Shown here: piece after piece, positions 36,760 to 49,834 of the stretch
Layout: each line of letters starts with the position of its first letter
Position numbering within the stretch: the first letter of the stretch is position 1
Origin: Camelus dromedarius
Lineage: Eukaryota
Assembly: GCF_036321535.1 (NCBI RefSeq)
Contig: NC_087472.1
Span: forward strand, 93,498,001-93,562,000
Reading direction: 5' to 3'
DNA: 64,000 nucleotides
Notes under the pieces: generated by a model
The model's input: the letters and a program-made list of their open reading frames with translations, nothing else
Database searches by the model: none
Told to the model about the DNA's origin: nothing
Made by a program: the position numbers and the translations under genes

Positions 36760-39700
36760 AGAAATTATCAATGGTATACAGCAGTAGAAAGAAGAATATA
36801 ATGATCTCAATATATCTGACACTCAGCATCAACAATTATCAGTAGTTAAAGCTTAAAAGTAATAGTCAGAGGTAAATGTTGATCCTATTAACATTTGTTA
36901 GATTTTTACTTCTAGAAATTACTAGACAAGAAATATAAATGAATTTGATTGCTATTTTAATTGTTCTAATGGAAAAAAATAGACAACATGCAAAACTAAA
37001 TAAGTAATGTCATCAGAGAGAAGGAAACTATAAGAAAGAATCAAAACTAAATGCTAGAAATCAAAAGTATAGTAAGAGAAATGAGAAAACACCTTTGACA
37101 GGCTCATTAGTAGATGTGACACAGTTGAAGAAACAATCAGTAAACCTGAAGATGGTGAATTGCAGCCTCCCCAACAGAATCAAAAAGAGAAACAAAGAAC
37201 AAAAAAATTAACAGAACATAAAATCATACAAAATGCTCAGTTAATACCAGAGAGCACAAAAAAGGGATATAAAAAAAGAACAAATGCAACAAGTAGAAAA
37301 CAGTTACACAAATAGTAGACTTTAGTAAAACCAACTCCCTAATCACTTTAAATGTGAATAAGTACACCAGCTAAAGCAAAAATTGTCAGACTGGATAAAA
37401 AAATAAATTTAAAAAAAGATTCAACTATATGCTATCTATAAAAAACCCACTTTATGTATCAATACTTTGGCTAAAAGTAAAAGGTCAAGGGATTTTAGGA
37501 CAGTGAAACTCTTCTGTGTGATCCTATAATGGTGGACATAGCATTATGCATCTGTCAAAATCTATAGGGTTTATATAACACAGAGAGTGAACCCCAGTGT
37601 AAACTATGGAGCCTATTTAATAATAATATATTAATATTAGTTTATTAATTGTAACAAATGCACCACACTAATGCAAGATGTCAGTAATAGGGGAAACTAT
37701 GTGTATGTATCAGGGTGGAAGTAAATGGAAACTAGTACTTTAGGCTCAATTTTTCTGCAAGTCTAAAACTACTCTAAAAAATAATAATATCTATTAATTT
37801 AAAAGAGAAGAAGGAAAATTCACATATGTGGTGGACACATAACCAGCTTAGTGTAATTGAACTAAATCTTTATTGTAATTGAACTAAAACATTCAAGCAA
37901 GGGTCAGCTGCAGAAAATGAAGGAGTCTTTAGATGATGTGATGGATTATCTTGTTAAGAACATACCTCTCAACTGTCTGGTAGGTTTCTTTTATCCGTAG
38001 CTGACCAAGTCTCAGAATGTTTAAGACCAACGTGCAGGGAGAAACAGGGCCTAGCAACCTGAGCACAAAACATATTAAACTTATCCCTTTCACCAATGCA
38101 TGGTGCAGCCAGCCAGATGACACCATCTGTTATGTTGAAATTAACCTGTTAGGCAAATCTGTATTCAGGAAGTAGATACCTAGAAAATTGATCCTCACAC
38201 GTGGTCATTTCCAGCTGAATAAAGAACTTTAAGGATTCTAACATTAACAGATAAATTCTGTTGTTTCCTTGGCTGGTGAAAAACGAATGGTAGACTTATC
38301 AGAGCCTAGCCAGAACTCACGGAAAGTTTAAGTGCACTCGTGGTCTCATTCTGTGGCCATTGTGTTGTGGCTCATTCTGTGGCCATTATGTTCTATTAAA
38401 TAGAAACACATTCACGGGGACTATAGTATAAACTAGTGTCTGCTCTCACTTTGAGTAGCCCTTATCACTGGTTTGCCTCATGATGAATGCTTATATTTTA
38501 GTTTAGTTTCTTATATCTCATATAGGTATTTCACCTTTGAATTTAACAAAATTCACTTAGAGTAGACCAGTTTAAAAAAAGTAGAGGAATGAAGACAGAT
38601 ACACCATGATAACAGTAGACAAAAAAAGCTAAAGTAGCTATATAAATTTCAGTCAAAGCAGATTTCAAAACAAGGAATAGTATCAGGGATATGGAGAGAC
38701 ATTATGTAATAATAAAAGGATCAGTTATCCAAAAAGGTCTTAAAATCTCAAACATGTATGCACCTAACAAAGTACCACAATACATGAGGCAAAAACTGAA
38801 ATGGAAAGGAGAAACATACAATCATAGTTGCAGGCATCAACACTCCTCTGTCAGTAATTGATAGATGAAGCAGTCAGAACATCATTGCAAATATGTAGAT
38901 GGCATGAACAACGCTAACAATGAACTTGACCTAATTGACACTATAGAGTATGCCATCCAACAACAACAGATTACACATTCTTTTCAAGCTCACACGTGAC
39001 ATTCACTGAGACAGACCACATTTTTGTCCATATCTTTGTCCATAAAACACCATTAAACACACCTTAATAAATATAAAAGAATAGAAATCATACAAAGTAT
39101 GTTCTCAGATCAAAATAGAATTACATTGGAGATCAATAACAGAAGGAGAGCTGGAAAGTTCCCAAGTATTTGTGAATTAAATGACATAGTTCTAAATAAC
39201 TTGTAAGTCAAAGATTTTTTCTTTAAAACTTAAATTTATCTTGAAATTTAATTTTTTTTGAAATAAGTGAAAATGAAAATGCAAATTACCAAAATTTGTG
39301 GATTGCTGATAAACTATTACATAGAGAGAAATTCAATATTTAAATCTAATATTTAAATGCAAATATTAGAAAAAAGGAAAGATCTAAAGCAAATAATCTA
39401 AGTTCTCACCTTTAGGAAACTCAAGAAAGAAGAGCAAATTAAACCTAAAATGAGCAGAAGAAAGGAAATAATGAAATATAGATCATAAATAAATGAAATT
39501 TTAAAACAGGAAAACAATAGAGAAAATCAATAAAATGCTCAGTAACATCAATAAAATTGGTAAGTCTCTAGCCAAGATAACCAAGAGAGAAAATAGAGAA
39601 GATATAAACTACCAATATCAAGAATGAAAGAGAGATCACTGCTACTGACCCTAGAGACATTAAAAGGATTGTTATCAAAATGGAATGCTATGAACAATTA

Positions 39701-42700
39701 TGTTTACAAACTTAATAAAGATGAGATAGATCCATTCCCTGAAAGGCACAAACTACCTAAACCCATTCAAGTTGAAATAAATAAATCTGAATAGCCTTAC
39801 ATCTATGAAGGACATTTAAGTAATAGTTCAGAACCTTCCAGATGAAGGAATCACTAGGCCTAGATAGTTTCATTAGTGAATTCCATTAAATATTTAAGGA
39901 TGAAATAATACAAATCATCTGCAATCTTTTTCAGAAAACAGAAGAAGAGAGAAGCATCCTCAGTTCTTTTTATGAGGCTAGCATCACCCTAAGCCCAAAG
40001 CCAGATAAATACATTACTGGAAAATAAAACTACAGACAAATACCTCTTAGGAACATAGACAAAAAAATCCTTAACAATGTAATAGCAAATGGAATTCAGC
40101 AATATGTGAAAGGAATAATACATCATTACCAAGTGGGGCTTATTTCCAGAATTCAAGCATAATATAACATTTGTAAATCAGTTAGTCATTTCATCATGTA
40201 ATAGACTGAATAAGAAAATAAATGTTATATCAATAGATACAGAAAAATAATTTGAAAACTTTAATACTCATTTATGATAAAAACTTTAAAAAGTAAGATT
40301 ACAAGGGAACTTCCTTAACCTGATAAAGGGTACATAAGAAAACCTGTAGCTAACCTTATACCTAATGATGAGAGAGTGAATGCTTTCCCTCTAAGATTAG
40401 AAATGAAACAAGGATGTCCTCTTACTATGCCAATTCAATATCATAATGTAAGTCCAATCCAGTGCAAGACAAGCAATAACAAATAGATAAAAGGTATACA
40501 GATAACAAAGGGGTAAAGTAAAATTATATATTTTTCTGGAGGAAATGATTGTCTATGTAGAAAACCTCAAAGAATCTACAAAGAAAATCTCTTGGAACTA
40601 ATAACTGAGTATAATTGCTTTATTATATACCAGCAATTAACAGTTGAAATGAGAACTTTTGTAAAGCAAAAACATTTACAATTGCACAAAAATGAAATAC
40701 CTAAATGTAAATCTAACAAGACATATACCAAATCCATTTGCAGAAAACTAAAAAACACTTATCAAGAAGATCTAAATAAAGGGAGAAATATTCCCTGTTA
40801 ATGAATTGGTAGACTCACTACTACCAAGATATGAATTATTTCTAACTTGATCTATAGATCTAATGCAATCCCAATCAAAATCCCAGCAACTTTTTTTGTA
40901 GATATGGAAAAATTGGTTCTAACATTTATATGGAGTGGCAAAAGTCCTAGAATAGCCAACACAATATTGAAAAAGAAGAATGACATTTGAAGACTCACAC
41001 TACCCTATTTCAAGGCTTAATATAAAGCTGTAGTAATCAAGACAGCATAGTATTGGTGAAACAGACAAATAATTGTAACAGAGAATCGAGAACCCAGAAA
41101 TAGACCCACACAAATATAGTCAACTAACTTTTGACAGAGGTGCAAAGGCAAATAAATGAAAAAAATATTTTTCCACCAAATAGTGCTAGAACAATTGGAC
41201 ATCTATATGGGAAAAAATTAACTTAGACCCAAGCGTCATACCTTACACAAAAATTAATTCAAGATAGATCACAGATTTAAATTTAAAATGCAAAACTATG
41301 TAACTTCTAGAAGAAAATACAGGAGAAAATCTATGACTTAGGATGTGATGATGAGTTTTATATACAATACCAAAAGTACAATCTATAAAAAAAGAAACAA
41401 CTGATAAGTTGGGCTTTGTTAAAATTAAAAAGCTTTGCTCTGTAAAGGACACTGTTAAGAGAATGAAAAAAGAAGCGAAAAACAGAGAAAACATTTGCAA
41501 ATCCCATATCTGATAAATGACTTGAATCTGAATGCACAGAGAACTTTTAAAACTCAACAGTAATAAAACAAGGAAACAGTAGCAGTCTGAATGGTGTCTC
41601 TAAAAAGAGACCCTTGAAACCTGTGAATGTGACTTGATTTGGAAAGTTTTTGCATATGTAATTAACTTAAGGATCTCAAGAAGTGGTCATCCTGGATTTA
41701 GGATGATCTGCCCAAAGACAGGTTTCACAAGAGAAAGACAGAGAAAGAACTGAGACATAGACGCACAGAGGGGAAGGTCATGTGAAGATGGAGGTGGAGG
41801 CACGGGTTGGAGTGATGCATTTACAAAGCAAGGAACACCAAGAATTGCTGGGTTGTTACCAAACGGTAGAAGAAAGGTCTGGAAATGGATTCTCCCTCAG
41901 ACCCTCCAGAAGGAACCAACGCTTTTGAAAGCTTGATTTCAGAATTCTAGCCTCCCATAATTGTGAGAGAATAAATTTCTTTTATTGTTGTAAGCCTCCC
42001 AGTTTATTACAGTTGTCTTAGAAAAATAATACATTACCTTATTTTTAAAGTGTGCAAAAGATCTCAACAAGTATCTCACAAAAGAAGATAGACAGATGAT
42101 AAATAGGCATATGAAAGGATGTATGATGTAATTTGGCACTAAGGAAATGCAAATTAAAACAACAGTTAGTTATCAGTGCACACCTACTCAAAGGCTAAAA
42201 TACCAATTGCTAGCAGGGACATAATTGGATCTCTCACACATTTATGGTGAAAATGCAAAATGGTGCAGCCATTTTGGAAACAGATTAGCAGTTTCTTAAA
42301 AAACTAAACATGTTCTATGATACAGTCCAGAAATTGTGTTCCTAGATATTTATCCAACTGAATTGAAACTTAAATCAACACAAATAACTGCACATAAATT
42401 CTTATAGTTGCATTATTTGTAATCACCAGAACCTAAGATGCCTTTAATAGGTAAGCCAATAAATAATCTGTGGTACATACATACAATGGAATACTATTCA
42501 GCAATAAACAGTAATGAACCATCTACTATCAATTCACAAGATAACATGGATGAACCTTAAATGCATGTTGCTAAACAAAAGAGGCCAGTCTGAAAATGCT
42601 ACATACTATATGATTCCATTTGTAAGATATTCTGAAAAAGACACAACAGAGACAAAACACATCAGCAGTTTCTAGGGGTTTTCTTTGGGGCAAGTGGTTG

Positions 42701-44140
42701 ATAAAATGAAGCACAGGGGATGTTTTAGGATGGTGAAACTACCCTGTATGATAGTGTAATGATGGATATGAGACATTACACATTTTTCAAATCCCATAGA
42801 ACATTCGCTCACAGAGTGAACCTTAATGTACACAAATTTAAAAAAATCAATTCAGAGATTAAGTATCCCAGGATGGAATGCAGACTATGACAAAAAAAAT
42901 CTAGTTGTATTACAAATATATGAAGTATCATCAGTAAAGAAGATGGGGAAAAAGGGTGCTAAGTAACTTTGGAAATGAATGGATACTGTAAGACTACAGA
43001 AAAAAGGGAGTATATATAGATACTGTATTCTGGTTGGTAAAGTTGTTCTCAGAAGGGTAATGGGCTAATAATCTGACATCAATATTCAAGAATACTCGGA
43101 CTGACTAAGTAGATGGAGAGTTAGAGCCAATTTTCTCACAGAGTTAAGCAAAGAGGGAAGCTTAGAGTGAATCACATGATACTAGATTAGCATGGAGACA
43201 TCAGTATGACTCATGTTTAGCTTAATATAGATACAGGTGGACAAATATATAAATATAGATTTATGTGCATGAATGGGCTAGTACACATTTTCCGAGCTCT
43301 GTCTTCCGAGAAGGCTTAGAAGTAACAGACTCTTGTAGCAATGGAACAATTTGATCAGGAAAATAAATAACCTAATATTGGATTATAACCCAAAGTGTAA
43401 AATAAATATCCATGAGTCCATGTTGCTATAAATAAATGACTGACTGAATAAATAAATTAGAGAGAATAGACAAATCTTATGTATGAGAACAATTCCAAAT
43501 AATTTATGTAGCTACTCCACCCTCAAGGAGATGGGGCTTAACTCCCCACCCTTGAAGTGTGGGCTAAACATAGTGAGGGGGAAAGAGTAACTGTACAGTG
43601 GAGAAACTTGACAAACACCACCTTAGGTTGGTGAACAAGGTGATATCATCAGTTGTTAAGTCATGTTGATAGTGTGCCCTTAATATAATGTGATGAAAAT
43701 GGCACTTTACTCCTGAGGCTCTCCTCACAAGAACCTGTAGTGCCAGTCTAATCATGAGAAGAATATCAGACATCTCAAGAGAGGGACCTTCTACAAAATA
43801 CCTGACAAATACTCCCCTAAACTGTTAAGGTCATCAAAAGTAAGGAAAATCTGATAAACTCACAGTCTAGAGGAGCCTAGGAGAAGTGATATCTAAATGT
43901 AATATAGTATTGTGGATGGGACCCTGGGCCAGAAAAAGGACATTAGGGGGAAAAAAATAAGGAAAGCTGAATTAAGTATGGACTTTAGTTAATAATAATA
44001 ATGTATCAATATTGGTTCATTAGTAGTGACAAATTTATCAAAATAATGTAAACATTAACAATAGGGGAGACTGGTGGGTATAAGGCAATCCTTTGTACTA
44101 TGTTTGCAACTTTTCTGTAAAGATAAAACTATTGAAAATG
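36760..44140 (+). mobile_element. Long degenerate L1MD-like element between units 1 and 2
   Basis: ORF1-like remnant at about 36950-37200, degenerate ORF2 about 37330-42550, long 3' UTR to about 44135; nested insertions at about 37485-38575 and 41578-42033. Confidence 0.85.
41578..42033 (+). mobile_element. MLT1C-like MaLR LTR nested in L1
   Basis: aacctgtgaatgtgac...catgtgaagatggagg...gattctccctcagaccctccagaaggaacc...gagaataaatttc. Confidence 0.85.
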
Positions 44141-45505
44141 TTAAGAATAGCTTGCACAGAATGTTTTAAATATTTAATCCAATCAAGCCAGATTTATTAC
44201 AATAATAACTTGTAATAACAGGTACAGTGGCAAGGATGAAGAGATACAGTTTTTCCAGAATTCAGTAATATCACTGAGTGACACAGGGGAGCTAGCTCCA
44301 CTCTGCCTGACAGTGGGTAGGGGCATTCTAAGGGAAGGAGGAGTATCAGGCATGCCTCTGGTCCCTTCGTCCAGTAGATCATCCCAGTCATATCACTCTG
44401 CAACTTCAGGCTGGTAATAATGATTCATAGATTTTCCAAGTCCTTTCATGGAAGTTGTCCAGGACCCTCCAGGATTCCACATGTTCTCTCCTTCTGGTTC
44501 CTTTTCCATTATCTGCTGAGCTCTGAACTCAGAACCCTGCCTGCCAGCCTGCCCTGGGCTGTCTGAACTTGGTTTAGTATGTGGCCTTTCTCATGGACTC
44601 TGGGAATTTCTTTATCCTCCAGCCTTCCTGATGTGCCTCACGAGTGGAAGGTTTCTGTCTAGACTCTTCCCTGGGATCTAGTCATTCTGACCAAATCCTT
44701 GCTTCTTAAAGTAATTGGAAGAAATCTTATTGACATAGAATTTTATAACACAATCCAAAGATATCCCAGTACTCAAGATATCTTGCAAAAATTCTGCTCT
44801 GTGTAGATGAGGAATTAATTAATGAGGAACTATTTTTTGAAGAAAATTAGAAAACATAGAAATACAAAATAAAATAACAGTGAAGATATATATTTACATA
44901 AAAATTGAGCAACATTTAAAATTGACCAAATAAAGTACTTGTGAGTTTAAGATATTCACATAAATTAATATGTGAGAATATAAACTGGTACAGAATTATT
45001 GAAACAGAATATCAGCAATATTCATAAAAATTTATGATCAACACACTATTTACACTATAACCAAATGTTCACTTCTATGTCTTTCTTATAAGAAAATATC
45101 CACATTTGCCCAATAATTTATACTTAATAATGTTGACACCAGTTCTACTAGTTATAGCAACAAATGGAAAACAACTTATGTGTCCATCAGGACAATGGTT
45201 AAATTAATTATGGCACATACACACTTAAGAATCCTTGGGAGTAGTTAAAAAGAGTGAGATGGGTCTATATGTACTCTCATGGAAAAAGATCCAGCATTCA
45301 TTTCATTAAGTGACAAGAGCAAGAGGCAAAACAACATGTACAGCATTATCCATGTATATTAAAAACTCACATTAAATTTTCTACTACATTTATGTAAGAA
45401 AAATCTCAGAATACATTTTAATATAATATATACATCTTAAAATTCTGGTTAATTCTGAGAAAGTTTGAATTTTGGAGGATGAAATAAGGAATGAGACTGA
45501 TTATT

Positions 45506-46975
45506 TTTATCCATGTTTTTAGAAATTTTTAGCATCAAGAATATATGCAGTATTTCTTTTATAATTGGCATGTTTAAGTAAGACTGACAACAGAAATGGT
45601 AGCCATGTGTTATTCAGATAAAATACCTGCCAGCGGATGTGATGGAAGAAGGCTGAAACCTGAATGACTTACCACTACAAAAGTTTCTCTCGCCTACACA
45701 GAAAGCTTGCCATGGGCAGGTGGGGGTCTCTGCTGTCAGGTGATCCAGGGGTCCAGGCTGCTTCCACCATGTGGATCCACAGCTCAACACAGGCTCTGCA
45801 TGTTTGCAGCTGAATTGAACAGAAAGCATGGAGGTAGCACACTGACTGTCAAGTGCCATGGTCTGGAAATGACAAACATCGTTTCTGTTCATATTTCAGT
45901 GGCAAGGGTGGTCACAAAACCCTTTCTAATACAAGTGGACTGACTGCACAATACAGGGTCCCCACGTGCCCAGGGAGCAGAGCAAGGCACACGTGTTTGA
46001 GCACTTGCAGTCTCTCCACAAACAGCTACAGAGTAGGAGGTCGTCGACAAAGTGCGACACTCATAATTTGTATACAGAAGCCCTCTTCATTCTTGAAGAA
46101 GTTTCTGAGAAAGCCAAAATTGTCTTGCAACACTCCACCTTTTTGTGGTGCCCACTATGTGACAAGTGTTTTCAGACACAGGCTCACACCAGTTTTCTAC
46201 AGGACACTGTAAACCTCAGCAGGAAAGGGTCACCTTTTGTCACTAAATAACACCTTTCTGCACTTACCTTTACAGTAGTCTCAGTACACTGAGAATTTCT
46301 TTCTTCTTTTTGCTGCATGGTCTAAATCACAACTTGTGAATCTCGGTTACCCATCATTTGATGAGTATACCCGAACACTTGTACAGGTGTCTTTAGGCAC
46401 ACTGGAAAACCACTGGGGCAGATACAGACAACAATCAGGAAAATGATGGTGACTTTTTTTCCTTATCAAAGCTGATGTGGTCCTCCAGGGAGACATTTTC
46501 TGTGTCACCGGTAGACTGAATAATTGCTCCATGAAGACGCCCATACCTTATCCCTGAAACCTGTGAATTAGTTATGTTACACGGCCAAAGGTACTTTGCA
46601 AATGTAGTTAGGTTATGAAGCCGACTTTAAAATAAAGATATTCTATTGGATGACCTGGGTGGGCCCAATCTAATGACATGACCCTGTACAAGCAGAGAAC
46701 TTTCTCTGGCTGGATGTAGAAGAGAGATGCAGCAGACAGGGAGGTTGGAAAGTGCCAAGTGTGAGGAGACTTCAACGTTCAGTTGCTGACTCAAAGTATA
46801 TGGGCCTGCGTTTGAGGACTGGGGAAACTATGGCAGCTCCAGCTGACTGTCAGCAAGGAAATAGGGCCTCAGCCTTATTACCACAAAGAACTGGATTCTG
46901 CCCAAAACTGGAATGATTTTGGAAGGAAATCCTTCCCAGACTTATAAGAGACCTGCCAGCTGAAAGCTTGACTTG
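45506..46975. repeat. 1470-bp direct repeat, copy A (copy B at 56142-57611)
   Basis: Offset 10636. No mismatch seen in the segments I compared, and five spurious ORFs in the track are identical at this offset. Confidence 0.95.
45604..46020 (-). mobile_element. MLT1I/J-like MaLR LTR (identical copy at 56240-56656)
   Basis: atccaggggtccaggctgcttcca...ctggaaatgacaaacatcgtttctgttcatatttcagtggcaag...gagcacttgcagtctctccaca. Confidence 0.65.
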
Positions 46976-47114
46976 GGTCTTGTGAAACCCAGAACAGATA
47001 AACCAGCAGAAGAAATTTGGGTTTCTCACCCAGAGACATTTGAGATAATAAATGTGTTTTCGTAAACTGCTAAATTTGTGGTAATTTGTTATAGCAGCTG
47101 TGGAATACTAGCAT
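46507..47114 (+). mobile_element. MLT1D/E-like MaLR LTR (paralogous copy at about 57143-57768)
   Basis: ggtagactgaataat...atccctgaaacctgtgaat...gggcccaatctaat...cagcaaggaaatagggcctcag...gagataataaatg...ttatagcagc. Confidence 0.8.
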
Positions 47115-49259
47115 AACCTCCTTAAAGGGCTAAAGGGTCTGTTCGAATCCAGCCTCTGCAGATGGTTGTTCCATAGTGATTTCCTTGGTACTTCCCCATC
47201 TACCACTTAGGAAGGAGGCTTTGGTTCTTGGACACTTAGTTAAGTTCACTGATCAGTGTACAGATTCAGTGTCCAGTCTCAAATAAGTCAGGAGATTAAA
47301 TTCTCTTTTCTTTCTAACCTTATCTGTTTTCTAAAACCTCCTAACTCAGTGTTATCTTGCAAGAACCAGTAGATCCTGTGCCAAATCTACTCACAAAGCA
47401 ATTTGGAAAAAAAAAAAAAAAAACTTTGAGTGCGGTGGAAGAACCCAGAGCAGATGAGCAAATGTCTAAACTTCACTTCCAACGTAAACAACAGTGGTTG
47501 GGGCTGTTGCTATCAGAGGGATTCCATAGTCAGGGATGGGACAGACAGAGAGGACGTCTGCAGGGAGTTGGAAGCCTCTAAGTCAGGGGAAAGGTGGGAG
47601 ATTCTGGGCTTTCTGTTCCACTGGCAGCAGAGTGCAGCCTTATTAAAAGAAGTAGGGGAGAGCTAGACAGCAGGTCAGGATCCAGATTTGGACATGAGAG
47701 CACACTGGGGAAGACCCATGGGAGGAACAGTGTAATTTGGAGAGTGCTGGGTCTGGTCCCATGTACCAGCACCGGGCATTCAGCTCTAAAAGAACCCTGT
47801 GGATAGGAGCAGGTGGACTTTAGGCAAATGCAGGCCGTAGATAGTCCCCATTTTCACCTCATTAACACACCTGGGTTTAGTACATTGGCTGCAGATTCCT
47901 TCTTTTTATTTACCAGGAGACATTGTGGAGTAATGCGAAGAGAAATGAATTAAAAGATAGAAAGTCAGCCTCAGATTGGGAGGGAACAGTGTGGGCTCTA
48001 GAGGAATTCAGACCGGGATTCTAGTCCCAGCTCTGTCACTTACAAGCCAGGTGAACTCAGGACAATTACAAAATTCTGTGAGCCTCACACTCTTCATCTC
48101 TGAAATGAATTTGACAAGTAGTCCTCTTGCTTTTGGCTCATATATATCTTGTTAGTAGGAAAGTTGGACTGCAACTTATGCAAGACACTGGCACAGTATC
48201 TGGCATGTACTAGGTTTTACTAAATTTTAGTTATTACTGTAATTGTTTTCACTCTAAAACCTACTAACCTCCCCTCTGTTTTTTTTTAAACCACAAATTG
48301 TAGAATTTGTAGCTCTCTAGGATATGGCAGAAGAAATCAGCCAGTGTGTTGCTCAGCATGTTAAACTAAGTTACTTGCTGTATTAATTTTCTGAGGATAT
48401 GTAATTTGTTATTAGTGTGGGTGATTCTGCCCTGTTTGATGCAACTCAAAACTTACTGAAATTTATGTCAGAGCCTCTTTCCATCCCTTCCTTATATCTT
48501 CTCTTCCATCCAAAACACTTGTATTTGCAATTATTTTACTTTTATCACAAATCTAGTTCTAGTTTAGATTTACCAAATTACATTCCAGATAACCTAATTA
48601 AAATGCCTATTTATTGGATGGACTATGTCTCTCCCAGCCCAAGGCAAAGACTGCCAGCACAGTGGCTTCTGAGCATTTCATCTCATGTGAGTATCACCTT
48701 TATTTCTCAGACACTCTCTTTTTATGATGTGCAGAAATCACCTAGTTTGTGGACTGTGTTCTTCTGCACTGGAACAAGAGCACAGGACCTCTTCCACTCA
48801 TGCCCCAGGTGAAGATTTCTCTCTGCTTTATACATGATCTTAAAGTAAGTGCTAAAGCAGCTTTCTAGGCTTTAGTCTCTCAATCTGAGACACTTCGCCT
48901 GAGATTTTAGTCTCTGCCCACCACTCAAACAAACTCATCTTACCCACTACCCAGCTTAATTAAAATTACCTCACACCCAAGGACTTGCAGTTTCCCAAGG
49001 TCTCAAACCCCTTTGCCATAGGATATTTACATTTGACTAGTCACAATTGAAACCTCCAAGTATTCACACCATCTTTTGACTTGTCCTTTTGGTCCTAGGG
49101 GATATCTCACAATATTCCTTATGTCATAGCTGCACCAAGACTTTAAAATTCTATGGGCAGGAATGGTTCTTGTTCATCTTAGTATTCCCTGAACTAACAC
49201 AGAGTTTTGCTTAATTATTGTTAGGGAAAAAAAAATGGGCCACTGAAAAAGAGGTCTAA

Positions 49260-49265
49260 TTTATT
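49260..49265 (-). terminator. Candidate polyadenylation signal AATAAA, unit 2 gene
   Basis: tttatt on + strand about 570 nt past the stop. Positionally homologous to AATAAA at 31793-31798 (unit 1) and AGTAAA at 59895-59900 (unit 3). Other AATAAA hexamers exist nearer the stop. Confidence 0.5.
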
Positions 49266-49338
49266 ATAATATTATTTCTCCTACATTCTTGAATAAGCTA
49301 AATATATCCAGATACATCTATATCTCTCTCTTTCTGTG

Positions 49339-49392
49339 TATATATATACACACACACACATATGTATATATATGTACATATGTATATATATG
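49339..49392. repeat. (TA)n(CA)n compound microsatellite in the probable 3' UTR of the unit 2 gene
   Basis: Direct reading; much shorter (gtatata) at the homologous positions in units 1 and 3. Confidence 0.8.
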
Positions 49393-49834
49393 TTATGAAA
49401 CAACAGACTAAAAGTGATAAATGAAACCAAGAACTTATCATCTTTTATTTATTTCTCCATTTATTGACCTCAAATGTTACACTGTTGAGTTTTTCACATT
49501 TCCAAGGAAATGCCTCATCTATTGTTGTTATTTTATTCCAAATTACTCAATAAGGTGGAACTTTTCCAATTTGTTTTACAAAATAATAAAACTCTGAGTC
49601 TTAAATCTCATTGACAGCAATAGATGTTTGAGCAATATCATTCATAAATTTAGATTATGAAGGTACTTAAACTTTCTATTAAAAGGAACAATATATTTTT
49701 TAAAAATTATCCAAGTTACTACATTGAAAAGAAACACACATATGTTATATACTATGTTGTCTCCAGCCCCATTCTGACTTTCTACTGCTTAGAACATGGA
49801 CTTCTCTTTTTAAGAACAAAGTGAAGAATCAGCC

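Noticed and set aside
45614..46544. Five ORFs repeated identically at 56250-57180
   Set aside because: They lie in MaLR LTR and spacer DNA; the identity reflects the converted tract, not coding constraint.
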